Of a DNA stretch of 64,000 nt, positions 19,162 through 29,268 are shown in pieces. The stretch covers positions 4,740 to 68,739 of the IMG/VR virus record IMGVR_UViG_3300002542_000006; one strand, 5' to 3'. The notes below the pieces were generated by a model. The model was not told the origin of the DNA and ran no database searches. It was given only the letters and a program-made list of their open reading frames with translations. The position numbers were made by a program, and so were the translations under genes. Origin of the DNA: a virus. Position 1 is the stretch's first letter. Each line of letters begins with the position of its first letter.

Positions 19162-20028
19162 TCAAATTTTCCTGTCTTTGTTAATACTGGACAAAGTTAA
19201 ACCGCTATTCTTCTTAAGATTGGAACTTACAATGCTCACATAACGTTGACCCAATTCATTGCCGTTATAGCTGATCAGGGCTTGTTCAACACTACCCTTC
19301 TCTTCTATAAGCATTGCCAGATAATGGATCGACATTCTTGCGTTTATTTCTTTATCTATACTCATTCGGGAGTGATTATATTTCCCAAGATTAAGAGATT
19401 TTTCGTACAGGAATTCTCCTGTGTCCCTAAGAACCTGACCCCATCCAGACGCCGTTGATTTGTTGGATCTGGCAGTGGATTTATACCCACTTTCTAATTC
19501 AACTAGGCTCAGCCAAAGATGAGGATTAACCCCCTCTTCTTCGCAAATTTGGATAATCATTTTTATGTCATCCAAAGTCATATCAGACCCTGGATATTCA
19601 ATTGCGTAGGAAAACTCGTTATATATTTGAACATCCTTCTTGGTTACTTCTTTTACCTGTATAATATCCATTGCATACTTCTCTTCCAGTGCTTCAATGG
19701 CTTCTTGTTGTTGGTTAATTATTCCATTTTTCTCATCCAAAATAATTTTAATTTCAGAAATGAGTTTACCTAATGCCTCATCGGCGCTCGTAGCTTCAAT
19801 ATTAATATCTGCCACAGTAAACGAATATTTTTCCTTAAGAACTTCCAATTCTTGTTGTTGGCGCTCATATGCTTTTTGTTTATTGACAGCGGATACATAA
19901 TCAATTACCGTGACTGATGCATAAAATAATGCTGTAGAAATAATTGCAAGCATAAAAAGAGTTGAAAATATAAACTTTGTTTTGTTAGTGACGCGGTAGC
20001 GTCTACTTCCTATAGTATAAGTAACCAT
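19162..20028 (-). CDS. Membrane-anchored lytic transglycosylase (SLT)
   Basis: N-terminal TM helix, coiled coil, then ELESG..A..N..STASGWGQV and ALISYNG motifs. Confidence 0.85.
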   Translation of the reverse strand: MVTYTIGSRRYRVTNKTKFIFSTLFMLAIISTALFYASVTVIDYVSAVNKQKAYERQQQELEVLKEKYSFTVADINIEATSADEALGKLISEIKIILDEKNGIINQQQEAIEALEEKYAMDIIQVKEVTKKDVQIYNEFSYAIEYPGSDMTLDDIKMIIQICEEEGVNPHLWLSLVELESGYKSTARSNKSTASGWGQVLRDTGEFLYEKSLNLGKYNHSRMSIDKEINARMSIHYLAMLIEEKGSVEQALISYNGNELGQRYVSIVSSNLKKNSGLTLSSINKDRKI

Positions 20029-20152
20029 AAAAAGACCTCCTAAAAAAGGAATAAATTAAATAAATAATAGCACAAATGAAAGACTGAAAAAATTAAAATA
20101 CTTCTATAGAATGCACCTCCTAAAAAATAAAAGAGGCTAAAGCAAAACTGCT

Positions 20153-20299
20153 TTAGCCCTTTTTAACTTGAGTTTCAGTCAGCTGTTGTTCAGCCAATAA
20201 CGGACCAATCGCCACTTCTTGAATAAGCCCGCCATGTATAGGGAAATTATTTTCAGCAGCTTTGCTTTGTTGATTTTTATCTTGTTTCTTGGAGTCCAT
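20153..20299 (-). CDS. Small ORF, 48 aa (not in ORF track)
   Basis: SD AAAGGGAGG then ATG; MDSKKQDKNQQSKAAENNFPIHGGLIQEVAIGPLLAEQQLTETQVKKG; both promoter types upstream and a terminator hairpin at its 3' end. Confidence 0.65.
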   Translation of the reverse strand: MDSKKQDKNQQSKAAENNFPIHGGLIQEVAIGPLLAEQQLTETQVKKG

Positions 20300-20388
20300 G
20301 CAACTTCGCCTCCCTTTAATAGGTTTATAATATACTGTTTGCAGGATTATTAATATTTCATTACAAAATAATAATATATAATTGTAGT

Positions 20389-21120
20389 CTATTCATATAG
20401 TTTACCGCCTCTCTCGATAACAATCGGAAGCAGCCCTTTATCATTTATCAAATCCGTTTGATAACCCGCTGCTAATAATAAGAAATTCATGTAGTTTAGT
20501 GCAACTTTATCTTTAGGAAGGTTAGGAAGTTCATCAAGAGACACTGTTCCCTTTCTCTGAATCTGATAGAGCATTTCGTTCTTAGCTACCAGATTATCAG
20601 ATTTGGGGCCGAAATCTTCCTTTAGCTTATTAAACGCCCCTTGAAGTACCAGTTGATACATCTCTGGAGCTGATGTCGATGAGTTTTTATCATCGTCAAT
20701 AACCTGGCCAACTTTGGGATTGCGTTTATCAATGGATGTAGATACGTGGTTTTTAACAGAAAGAGTTTGTTGAACTCGTCTCTGGTTCAGATATAATAAA
20801 AGAACCTTTTCATTGGATACATATGGATTTTCAGGATCATCACTTATATCAGGTCTTACCAAATAGTCTTCGATAATAACATTAGCCACATCAGCCGCAT
20901 GTTTTATCTGTTCTATAGTCACATTTTGGTCAAATTGATCCATTTCAACCGTGAAATGGTCTTTCTCATCCGTAAGAAAATTTTTTAGAAATTTTTGGAA
21001 CTCTTCGTCGGTCATTTTATCAAAATATTCCTTATACTTCTCTGTATTCTTTCCAGTAGGATCTATAGCATCAATTGATGCATAAATATAATCAAGGATT
21101 TTCTGATGTTTTTTAGCCAT
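20389..21120 (-). CDS. RNA polymerase beta extreme C-terminal fragment (probably virion RNAP)
   Basis: RNPKVGQV...SAPEMYQLVLQGAFNKLKEDFGPKSDN aligns with beta QQP..GQRFGEMEVWAL..YGA...LQEMLTVKSDD; in a late operon. Confidence 0.65.
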   Translation of the reverse strand: MAKKHQKILDYIYASIDAIDPTGKNTEKYKEYFDKMTDEEFQKFLKNFLTDEKDHFTVEMDQFDQNVTIEQIKHAADVANVIIEDYLVRPDISDDPENPYVSNEKVLLLYLNQRRVQQTLSVKNHVSTSIDKRNPKVGQVIDDDKNSSTSAPEMYQLVLQGAFNKLKEDFGPKSDNLVAKNEMLYQIQRKGTVSLDELPNLPKDKVALNYMNFLLLAAGYQTDLINDKGLLPIVIERGGKLYE

Positions 21121-21135
21121 TATATCACCCCTCTA

Positions 21136-22314
21136 TTAAGATGGTTTACTTTCTTTATTTATTGCATGTACAAAAATTGTAAATATAGCTTTACGGTAAG
21201 CGTAAATCGTTGCCTCCCGTATAAATCTTTGACCATTCAGTCTCGAACCCTCGTCTATCCACTTATCCAATGTATTTTTAAGAAATACAACCCTTGGTTT
21301 GCTTGAATTGGATTTGTATAGATAGAGGCAATCATTTACAAATTTCGATGAATTTATAGTCTTTATGTTATTATTACCATCAATAATATAAAGTTCTATT
21401 ATAGTGCTTACAAACTTATCAATTTCAGCCCTAAAGTTATCAATTACAGTATTCAATATATTTTCAAGAGTTACTGGATGTACGTTAACATCAGTATTTG
21501 CTATATTTCTAATCAAAGTTCTGCTAAATCTATAACTTATAATATTCATGGTTGTTTTTGTAGCAAGTTTAGATATATAGAGAATTGTGCTATCGGCAGT
21601 TCTAAAGTTCTCTTCATCAAAGTTGTCTGCCTCTCTATTAAAGAAATGGCCAGCTTTATGATCTTCAAGATATCTATCCATAATATTTTTAAGCAAAGAG
21701 TTTAATCTAGTCCGTATTGAGCCTATATAATCATTAACCATTTTATCGGTTTTCTTGGTTCTAAGCTCATTGATATAGTTTTGGTGAGAAATTTTTGACA
21801 AATGTTTGAAGGAATTAAATAACGAGCCTTCTTTTTTGAATATGAAGTTTCCTGTCACCTTAGGGTTTTTTGTTAAAGTATATTCCATAATAGACGGATT
21901 AGGAGGATATCTAAAAATCTTCGGGCTAAGTAAAGAGTAGAAATAACACGTCAAAAATATCTGAAATAGTTCCATATCCTTATCCATCTTTTTCTTATCA
22001 AAGTAATAGATACATAAAAAAATTGCCACAGTGATTGGGTTCATAACCCAGGCAATTTTCCCAAAAGGAGAGTTTTTTAAAACTCCCTGTATTTCCTTTT
22101 CACTTAACCCTATTACATCAAAAAATACCGATTTGTCAGAATCGAATACAATTAATCTATCAGAAAAATTCAAAGAAAAAAGAATATGGGAGTTTCTATC
22201 AAAGTACTTAGACAGATATTGTTTCAACTTATTAACGTTTGAAGGATTGCTTAAAGCCTTCTCAACTTTCGGATAGAGGGTATCTATAATTAGCGTTTCC
22301 GTCAATTTTATCAA
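21136..22314 (-). CDS. Late hypothetical protein
   Basis: 392-aa ORF; AACA-N6-TA at 22338-22349. Confidence 0.7.
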   Translation of the reverse strand: MIKLTETLIIDTLYPKVEKALSNPSNVNKLKQYLSKYFDRNSHILFSLNFSDRLIVFDSDKSVFFDVIGLSEKEIQGVLKNSPFGKIAWVMNPITVAIFLCIYYFDKKKMDKDMELFQIFLTCYFYSLLSPKIFRYPPNPSIMEYTLTKNPKVTGNFIFKKEGSLFNSFKHLSKISHQNYINELRTKKTDKMVNDYIGSIRTRLNSLLKNIMDRYLEDHKAGHFFNREADNFDEENFRTADSTILYISKLATKTTMNIISYRFSRTLIRNIANTDVNVHPVTLENILNTVIDNFRAEIDKFVSTIIELYIIDGNNNIKTINSSKFVNDCLYLYKSNSSKPRVVFLKNTLDKWIDEGSRLNGQRFIREATIYAYRKAIFTIFVHAINKESKPS

Positions 22315-22425
22315 CCTCTCTCGACTAATTCTAGTATTATCTGTGTGTTTCGGATTAAAAAATAAATTTTATATACATTTAGAGAAAAAAATAAAAGGGA
22401 AGGACATCTCCTTCCCCTTTATATC

Positions 22426-24837
22426 TTATCTCTCCTTGATAATTATTTCACCACGGCGCCTAGCTCGAAGGAGTTTATCTCCTTTAGACAGCCGTGTGAC
22501 CGATTTAAGTTCTTCCAGGACGATTTCTTCTATACCATCCAAGGATACAAGGAGAATTTTCGAGATTTTAGGCCCTACGGTAGTTGCTCGATAAAGTCTT
22601 TCATCAGAGGATATTATCGAAATACCATAGGAGCCTCTCTTCATATTATTAAATGCATTTTCAATCGAGAATTTCTTTATATGACCACTCTCAGAGATTG
22701 TGATCATAAATTCATCAGAAGGTTTTACAATATCTGCACCAATTACATAGTCACCATCTTCGAGCTTAATACCAATGCTACCCATTGTAAACCTCGAAGT
22801 TGGTTCATTAGGTTGGAATACTGCACACTTTCCATCTTTAGTATATATAAGAACTTTCGATGTCCTAAAATCGTTAGGAGTAAAGTCCAGTACAGATACT
22901 AGCTCATCATTCTTAGATAGTTTAATACCGTAGCTACCTTGAGATGAGATAAAGTAATCTGCGAACTTACTATTCTTAATAATACCATTCTTAGTTATAC
23001 ATATCACATAATTCGGGGTATTTTCTTTGCCAATCAAAGATCCCACTACGTGATACTTACTTGGATCATATTTATTTGAAATAATACTCCCAATGCTATG
23101 CTCTTTAGATGTCCTGATATTAGAGATAACATCACTAAATACTAAACCTTTATTTGTAAATATGAACAACTTGTTTGTATCGCCAATATTTTCATAGAAA
23201 TCTACCAATATAGCCTCTTCATTATTGAGAGTAATATCGGAACCGTGGTTAATTTTACGAACATGTCCAGTGTTGAGAACTTCGATATCAAAAAATTGCT
23301 CTTCTTTGTTTGAACTAGCTTCGATAATTCTCGACTGTCTTGGACGATAATACTTCTTTATACCTTCTTCCATCTGAGATATAATGATTTTATCCAAAGC
23401 CTTTTTGTCCCTAAGAATAGCTTGAAGTTCCTTAATCTTCTTTAGGTTCTCCTTTCTCTCCTTCACATATTCTTCATATGCATCAGGAGAGAGATCACTG
23501 AATCTCATTTCAGATATCTTCTTAGCTTGGTAATCACTAATCCCATACTTCTTGATAAGAATTTCAGGAACATCTGATCTTTTATTTTTCTTAAAGATAT
23601 TGATTACAGTGTCAATTTGATTATTATCGAAAAGGTAAATCAATGCATCAAGTACATAATTTCTTTTAGACTTTTCAGTCAGTTCAGATCTAAACATTCG
23701 CTTGAGAACTTTGCGTCTTATTTTTATCCAGTACAGAATGCCATCTCTGAGATTAAACTTAACATTTTTATTCATATCAACGTAGACGCAATTCAAAGAG
23801 AATGTAGACTCTAATTGAGTGAGCTTATACAATTTCTCCATCAGAATATGCGGATCTACACCTTTAGCATACTCGATAATTATATTCATGGTATCCTCTT
23901 TAGATCTGAGCTGAGGGATTTTACCTGGTTTCAGCTCAACTTCCATATCAATAATACCATCAATTTTCTTATCCTGTTTTAACTTTACAATTTTGTCAAA
24001 TACGGTTTTAGGATGAACTTCATACGGAGTATTGAGAATTCTTATAATTCCATCTTCTACTACGTAATCAGCCCTTACTCTAAATTTCAAGTTATCGTCT
24101 TTTTTATTGAAATCATAGTCCACAAATTTTTGGAATACTTTCTTTCCAATTATTGTACACCCCAATGGATCTTCAGGATACAATACAATCTTAGCCTTAG
24201 GATCTTTTATAAGATCAATGACTGCTTGCATTGCATCCTGGGGGAGAAATCCAGGACTGGACGTTGAGAGTCCGAATCCCATACCACTCCCCCAATTCAT
24301 GAGAAACAAAGGATATTTTGCCGGAAGGTACAGAGGCTCCATGTCTTCTCCATTGAAAGTGGGCCTCATATCTACCATATCAGATTTCAAATCCCATTCA
24401 CTGAAGAAGCAATCCCAAGCAAATTCGCTGAGTCGACATTTTACATAACGCATTTGTGCATATTCATCTGGACCTTCTGCATTCCCATAGTTGCCGTCAA
24501 CCTCAACTAATGGCATTATATTTCTCCATGGCTGGCTCATGAATATAAGAGATTCATAAGCAGCAGCGTCACCATGAGGGTGATATTTTTCTATAGTTCT
24601 ACCAATGACGCCCGCCGCCTTGGAAAAGTTCCGATCAGGTCTAAGCCCCATTGTCGCCATAGCATAAAGAATCCGCCTATGGACAACTTTCAGGTTATCA
24701 TAAAACAGAGCGATATTTCTCTGTAGGTTTCTGTTAATTCCGTGAAGGGACATTCCCTCTTCATCAAACTCTGCGATGTTCATTTCTTCAATATTTTCAA
24801 TATTGAAGAAACCTTTCTTTGGACGTACAATATACAT
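22426..24837 (-). CDS. gyrA: Type IIA topoisomerase subunit A (GyrA/ParC family)
   Basis: KYHPHGD, catalytic AQMRY, YLPAKYPLFLMN, C-terminal beta-pinwheel-like repeats. Confidence 0.92.
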   Translation of the reverse strand: MYIVRPKKGFFNIENIEEMNIAEFDEEGMSLHGINRNLQRNIALFYDNLKVVHRRILYAMATMGLRPDRNFSKAAGVIGRTIEKYHPHGDAAAYESLIFMSQPWRNIMPLVEVDGNYGNAEGPDEYAQMRYVKCRLSEFAWDCFFSEWDLKSDMVDMRPTFNGEDMEPLYLPAKYPLFLMNWGSGMGFGLSTSSPGFLPQDAMQAVIDLIKDPKAKIVLYPEDPLGCTIIGKKVFQKFVDYDFNKKDDNLKFRVRADYVVEDGIIRILNTPYEVHPKTVFDKIVKLKQDKKIDGIIDMEVELKPGKIPQLRSKEDTMNIIIEYAKGVDPHILMEKLYKLTQLESTFSLNCVYVDMNKNVKFNLRDGILYWIKIRRKVLKRMFRSELTEKSKRNYVLDALIYLFDNNQIDTVINIFKKNKRSDVPEILIKKYGISDYQAKKISEMRFSDLSPDAYEEYVKERKENLKKIKELQAILRDKKALDKIIISQMEEGIKKYYRPRQSRIIEASSNKEEQFFDIEVLNTGHVRKINHGSDITLNNEEAILVDFYENIGDTNKLFIFTNKGLVFSDVISNIRTSKEHSIGSIISNKYDPSKYHVVGSLIGKENTPNYVICITKNGIIKNSKFADYFISSQGSYGIKLSKNDELVSVLDFTPNDFRTSKVLIYTKDGKCAVFQPNEPTSRFTMGSIGIKLEDGDYVIGADIVKPSDEFMITISESGHIKKFSIENAFNNMKRGSYGISIISSDERLYRATTVGPKISKILLVSLDGIEEIVLEELKSVTRLSKGDKLLRARRRGEIIIKER

Positions 24838-24862
24838 TAATGAATTCCTCCATTTTCCAATA

Positions 24863-25135
24863 CTACAACGTTAGTCTTTTAAATCGTTTCTTTTCTTCTT
24901 CGGCCTTTCTATCCCTTTCTCTGGCCTCAGTGAGTATTTTTCGTATTTGTCTAATATATTCCTCAGAACCAAGTTCTACCACATCAACAATAGTGAATTT
25001 TACTTCGGCTCTATTAAGTCTAGCATTTGCTCCCTCAATAGCACCAGTGCGGGTAGGTGCTATTTGGATAATAGTATACAATTGAGAGTCAGCATGATTC
25101 AAATACTTGATTCTGAATTGTTTTCTTTTACCCAA
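24863..25135 (-). CDS. Small hypothetical protein between the topoisomerase genes
   Basis: 90-aa ORF with SD AAGGGA, fills the gyrB-gyrA gap. Confidence 0.6.
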   Translation of the reverse strand: MGKRKQFRIKYLNHADSQLYTIIQIAPTRTGAIEGANARLNRAEVKFTIVDVVELGSEEYIRQIRKILTEARERDRKAEEEKKRFKRLTL

Positions 25136-25162
25136 ACAGCACCATTCCCTTCTTAAATTATT

Positions 25163-27550
25163 TTAGGTGTCGATGTCCATAATGTCGAACTTCAGATTTC
25201 TCATAAATTCTTTACGCTTTTGGGAATATATTGGCTTCTTAGAATGCATAACTGCCATGCGTTCATAATCTCGTTCAATATCATTCATTGTCAAACGGAT
25301 GCTATGGCGAACTTTTCTATCGACAACAGTCCTCTCAAGATCTTCAGATGACATTTCGCCAAGACCTTTGAACCTATTGATTATTTTAGGTGCATATTTA
25401 GAAACTTCATTCATTACACCATAAAGACTCAAAGGCTTCCCGTCGATAGAATAGCCATAAAATTCTACATCAGGGTTAATTTGATATCTTTCAGTCACAT
25501 CTTCAATAAATTCTTCATTAAATTCAAATAAATTATATTCAGAACCTACCATACCTTCAATTTCAATATAACCATTTTCCCCAGGTCTTGCTCTGAGAAA
25601 TCTATATTTAGACGGAAGAATCTTATTATTCCAAAGGTCCACCTTATCATTTTCAAATCCAACTTTCAGGTTTGCTATAAGAAACTCAACAAATTCTGGA
25701 GTCAGTGCATATTGATCGGAAAGGTATCTAAGATTATCTCTATATTGGTGGAATTCTACCAAGAAATCTAAAAGTTCTTCCCGATCCATTTTCTTTCCAT
25801 TTAACTTCAAATCATGAGTTTTTGCAAACCTTTTTTGAGTATATCTCATATACTCCTTAATAGTTGGAATAAATACGGATTCTCCGTTGATTCTAGCCTC
25901 ATAAAGAGGAGGTACAACTTTATAAAGACGACCATCCAAAACAATTTCTGGAAAGAACCTTGCAAATATCATAGCGATTTGACAAGAGATCTCATCACCA
26001 TCTGTATCAGCATCTGTTACAATATTTATGCGAGTGAACGGCATTTTATCAAGATCAAAATTTTTAATATCGTCATTTTCACATTCAAAAATTTGTACCA
26101 AATTCGACAGGAACGTAGAAGATTTTACAGCCTGTGATGGAGAGAGGTCAAAAATATTTTCAACCTTGCCTCTAATAGTCAACACAGCCATCTCATCCTT
26201 ATTACGAACAGCCTTAAATCCGCCTTTCGCACTAAGTCCCTCTACGATACACAATTCTCTAAATTTACTTTTGGAGAATTTAGAGATTGGTAAATATTCA
26301 TCAATTTTATCTGCTGAAAATGCATTGACAATATCTTTCTTTACTCTCTTTCTGGTACTCTCAGCAGCCATCCTAGCCTTAGCATTCGCCTTGATGATCT
26401 GTGCGAATTTATTAAGCATGCTTTTATCGCAACCTCTAAGGAACTTTCTCACTGAACTAAACACAAAATTTTTTAATGTATTATCATCAAGACCTTCTTT
26501 GTATTGTCCTTTATAGCTAGGATTAAGTGCGTATACAGATACAATACCAACCAACCCTTGTTTTACATCTTCGGTAAAGATTCTTATGTCATTCTTTTCT
26601 TTTTCAGTAAGATATGACTCCATCATGTATTTCCTCATAAAAGAGGAAAGACCTTCAATAAGACCATTAACATGAGAACCACCAATTTTATTATAAGATC
26701 CATTAGTAAACCCTATAACTTCAGCTTCTTCACTTTCCACATCATAGCCAAACACAAACTCAACCTTGGAGTTTCCAGTTTGATTTTTATATTCAGCTAT
26801 AGGGCTAGAGATTTTGAACTGGTTTAAATAATCTTTAAGTTTACCATTTTTGAATTGCTTGGTAATTTCTTCCCCATTTTTCTTCTTACCATGGAAGATT
26901 ATTGTAGATTTACCAAGAACATAACTTTTCTTTTTAATTTTATCTAAGATATGCTCACACTTAATTTTCGTATCCGAAAAGAACCTTTTATCAACTTTCC
27001 ATTCAATAAAGGTTCCGCTATGTTTAGACTTACCCTCATCGACGGTTTTACGGATTCCATCTTCATATAGAATCTCCATGTATTTACCGTCACGTTCAGT
27101 CCTAATTTTCATATACTCAGATAAAAAGTTTACGAGCTTCAAACCCATTCCAAACGCACCAGTGGAATGGTTATAAGCCCTATTTGTTGTACCCATCTTA
27201 CCAGATGAGCTAAGTACTTCGCATAGATCGAAGATTTTCCCGAAAGGAATTCCCCGACCATCATCTTGTACCGTAATAATCCCAGTTGTTTCATCCAGAG
27301 TTACAATAATTTCAGATCCACATGAGTCCGGTGCTGTAATCTCATCAGCACTATTTGCAAAAATTTCTTCAAATAAATGTATAGCACCTTCAAGATCAGT
27401 ACTGGGCAAATATACTTCAGGAGATTGACGAACTCTGGAGCGATCGTCATAATTTACGGTTATCTTATCTTCGGTATAATCAAAAATATTTTTATCCTTT
27501 CTCATATACCACAAGATGCGCACAGTCACGAGAGTTATCATTCCTTTCAT
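25163..27550 (-). CDS. gyrB: Type IIA topoisomerase subunit B (GyrB/ParE family)
   Basis: GHKL motifs E..ANSADE, DDGRGIP, GAFGMG; TOPRIM VEGLSA, DADTDG; RFKGLGEM; exact start uncertain. Confidence 0.93.
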   Translation of the reverse strand: MKGMITLVTVRILWYMRKDKNIFDYTEDKITVNYDDRSRVRQSPEVYLPSTDLEGAIHLFEEIFANSADEITAPDSCGSEIIVTLDETTGIITVQDDGRGIPFGKIFDLCEVLSSSGKMGTTNRAYNHSTGAFGMGLKLVNFLSEYMKIRTERDGKYMEILYEDGIRKTVDEGKSKHSGTFIEWKVDKRFFSDTKIKCEHILDKIKKKSYVLGKSTIIFHGKKKNGEEITKQFKNGKLKDYLNQFKISSPIAEYKNQTGNSKVEFVFGYDVESEEAEVIGFTNGSYNKIGGSHVNGLIEGLSSFMRKYMMESYLTEKEKNDIRIFTEDVKQGLVGIVSVYALNPSYKGQYKEGLDDNTLKNFVFSSVRKFLRGCDKSMLNKFAQIIKANAKARMAAESTRKRVKKDIVNAFSADKIDEYLPISKFSKSKFRELCIVEGLSAKGGFKAVRNKDEMAVLTIRGKVENIFDLSPSQAVKSSTFLSNLVQIFECENDDIKNFDLDKMPFTRINIVTDADTDGDEISCQIAMIFARFFPEIVLDGRLYKVVPPLYEARINGESVFIPTIKEYMRYTQKRFAKTHDLKLNGKKMDREELLDFLVEFHQYRDNLRYLSDQYALTPEFVEFLIANLKVGFENDKVDLWNNKILPSKYRFLRARPGENGYIEIEGMVGSEYNLFEFNEEFIEDVTERYQINPDVEFYGYSIDGKPLSLYGVMNEVSKYAPKIINRFKGLGEMSSEDLERTVVDRKVRHSIRLTMNDIERDYERMAVMHSKKPIYSQKRKEFMRNLKFDIMDIDT

Positions 27551-27715
27551 AATATTTCATTAAAATAATATATATTTGCCTTATAAAAGGGTTGGTAGAC
27601 TTATCGAAAATTAAATTTTTAATACTATCAAAGAGGGGAGGTACTTTAAATTTACAAAAAAAAAATAGAGGCGATGAGCTTTTCAACTCATCACCTCCAA
27701 TTACGGACCGATGGA

Positions 27716-28171
27716 TTAATTCCATCTCTTCCGTTTGTTCTCTTTCTTCTTTTTCTTTTTCTTCTTTTTCCCGCCAACTTGAGTGATCTGACTGAGAGTC
27801 GACGGAAGATCCCGAAGAATCTCCGCGTCGAACTTGCTCATCATTTGCATGGTATCATCATCCAGACGAACCTTGCCAACGCGAGCAGCGGCACGAATTT
27901 CGGCAAGAGCCGATTTAATGATGTCAACGGACGAGGACAACATATCCTCGGTCAGGTATTCACGATCCATGATGACAACGTCGCCGCACTTGCGGCAGCG
28001 ACCTTTTACAACGTCGCCGTCCTGGTAAATTTCAAGCCAGGTTTTCCCCTTCTTGCTGACATGGGGACAGGACGCCTGCTCAAGCCGAATCATCTCATTC
28101 AGTCGTTGCTGCTGGCGTTGAATTTTTTTCATTTGTTTCTTCCAATTGCTCATTGCAAAAACTCCTTTCAA
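27716..28171 (-). CDS. Early zinc-ribbon-like protein with poly-Lys tail
   Basis: CPH...CRKCG ligands; C-terminal KKKKKKKKKENKRKRW; high-expression codon bias. Confidence 0.65.
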   Translation of the reverse strand: MKGVFAMSNWKKQMKKIQRQQQRLNEMIRLEQASCPHVSKKGKTWLEIYQDGDVVKGRCRKCGDVVIMDREYLTEDMLSSSVDIIKSALAEIRAAARVGKVRLDDDTMQMMSKFDAEILRDLPSTLSQITQVGGKKKKKKKKKENKRKRWN

Positions 28172-28222
28172 TTATTTAAGATTATAAATCTGTCTTATTC
28201 GATATAATAATATATATTTCCT

Positions 28223-28735
28223 TTACTGTTCAATTTCCCTTTCAGAATTATCTTTAAAGATATAATTAATAGAGCCATTATATTCAATCTCGTAGAAAAC
28301 ACCAATAACTGCATCCAAACCTTCTTCTTTGGTTGGATATTGATACTGGTTAACCATTCTATTCAAAATAGAAACGTCCAACCTTTTAAGAAGTTCATTC
28401 CTTTTACAGCATTCTTCAAACGGAGTTGCGATAACATATGCAGCAATAGTTTTATTAAATTCCTTTGCAAGCCTAATCCATCTACTCCTCGCATTTTTAT
28501 GAGTGTTCGTAGCATCAATAATTATTCTATTTTCTTGAAGGAGAAATGTTCTAGCCATTGTGTCAACTGTTGCCCATACGTAGGGTTCTGCCGAATGGAT
28601 AAATTGATTTCCATGGATAGCAATCCTTACAGTGTCTGGACAAATAACCACGTAGCCTTCTTTTTTAGAATAAAATTTTGAAAAGGTGGACTTTCCCGAG
28701 AGCGGAATTCCTACAGTGATGATAATGTCATACAT
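28223..28735 (-). CDS. P-loop kinase (polynucleotide kinase-like/AAA_33)
   Basis: GIPLSGKST, D..R, IIDATN, R..W, CCKRN..R motifs. Confidence 0.85.
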   Translation of the reverse strand: MYDIIITVGIPLSGKSTFSKFYSKKEGYVVICPDTVRIAIHGNQFIHSAEPYVWATVDTMARTFLLQENRIIIDATNTHKNARSRWIRLAKEFNKTIAAYVIATPFEECCKRNELLKRLDVSILNRMVNQYQYPTKEEGLDAVIGVFYEIEYNGSINYIFKDNSEREIEQ

Positions 28736-28788
28736 AGAGTCTCCTCCAAATAAAAGTTATGGATATTTAAAATAACGAGTGTAACTCG

Positions 28789-29268
28789 TTACTCCTCCCT
28801 GATTATATTCCAAATCTTTATAAAGGCAGTTAGGGCAAAAATAATTGCTTGTGCTGCGAATACTGAAAGCTTCAAGTGATCTTTCAATATATCGTGAAAT
28901 TTTTCGGTCTTTAACTCCTGGTTTGTCTCAATCAGTGTGTGTAGTGTAATATCTTTAATCCTCGAAAATAAACCTGTACGATATAAAGAATCTTTTAACT
29001 TGTCTTCTCCAACTTTTTGAAGCATAAATAGAAGATACAAAGATTCGTCGGTTATTGTTACACCCACCGAATCTAAATATTTAGTAAATATTTGTCTTGT
29101 ATCTTTATCAATCCCAGATCTAAAATATTTTCTATGAACACCATCAATATATTTTCTTGATAGTTTTTCGGGTTTATAGTAATAAAATCTTGCAAGTATT
29201 TCCTCTTTACATCTATCATGAAAATTCTTATCAATAGGCTTAAGATTACATGAGTGTATTTTAATCAT
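28789..29268 (-). CDS. Hypothetical protein
   Basis: 159-aa ORF with SD AAGGAG. Confidence 0.65.
   Translation of the reverse strand: MIKIHSCNLKPIDKNFHDRCKEEILARFYYYKPEKLSRKYIDGVHRKYFRSGIDKDTRQIFTKYLDSVGVTITDESLYLLFMLQKVGEDKLKDSLYRTGLFSRIKDITLHTLIETNQELKTEKFHDILKDHLKLSVFAAQAIIFALTAFIKIWNIIREE

Noticed and set aside
20036-20127. Duplicated SD-like TTTTTTAGGAGGT with no downstream start codon at the first copy
   Set aside because: No usable ORF follows; probably a remnant or chance match
27492-27560. Possible leaderless 22-aa peptide (MKYYERND...) and alternative ATT start for gyrB
   Set aside because: Cannot be distinguished from chance without TSS or Ribo-seq data; several alternative gyrB starts exist
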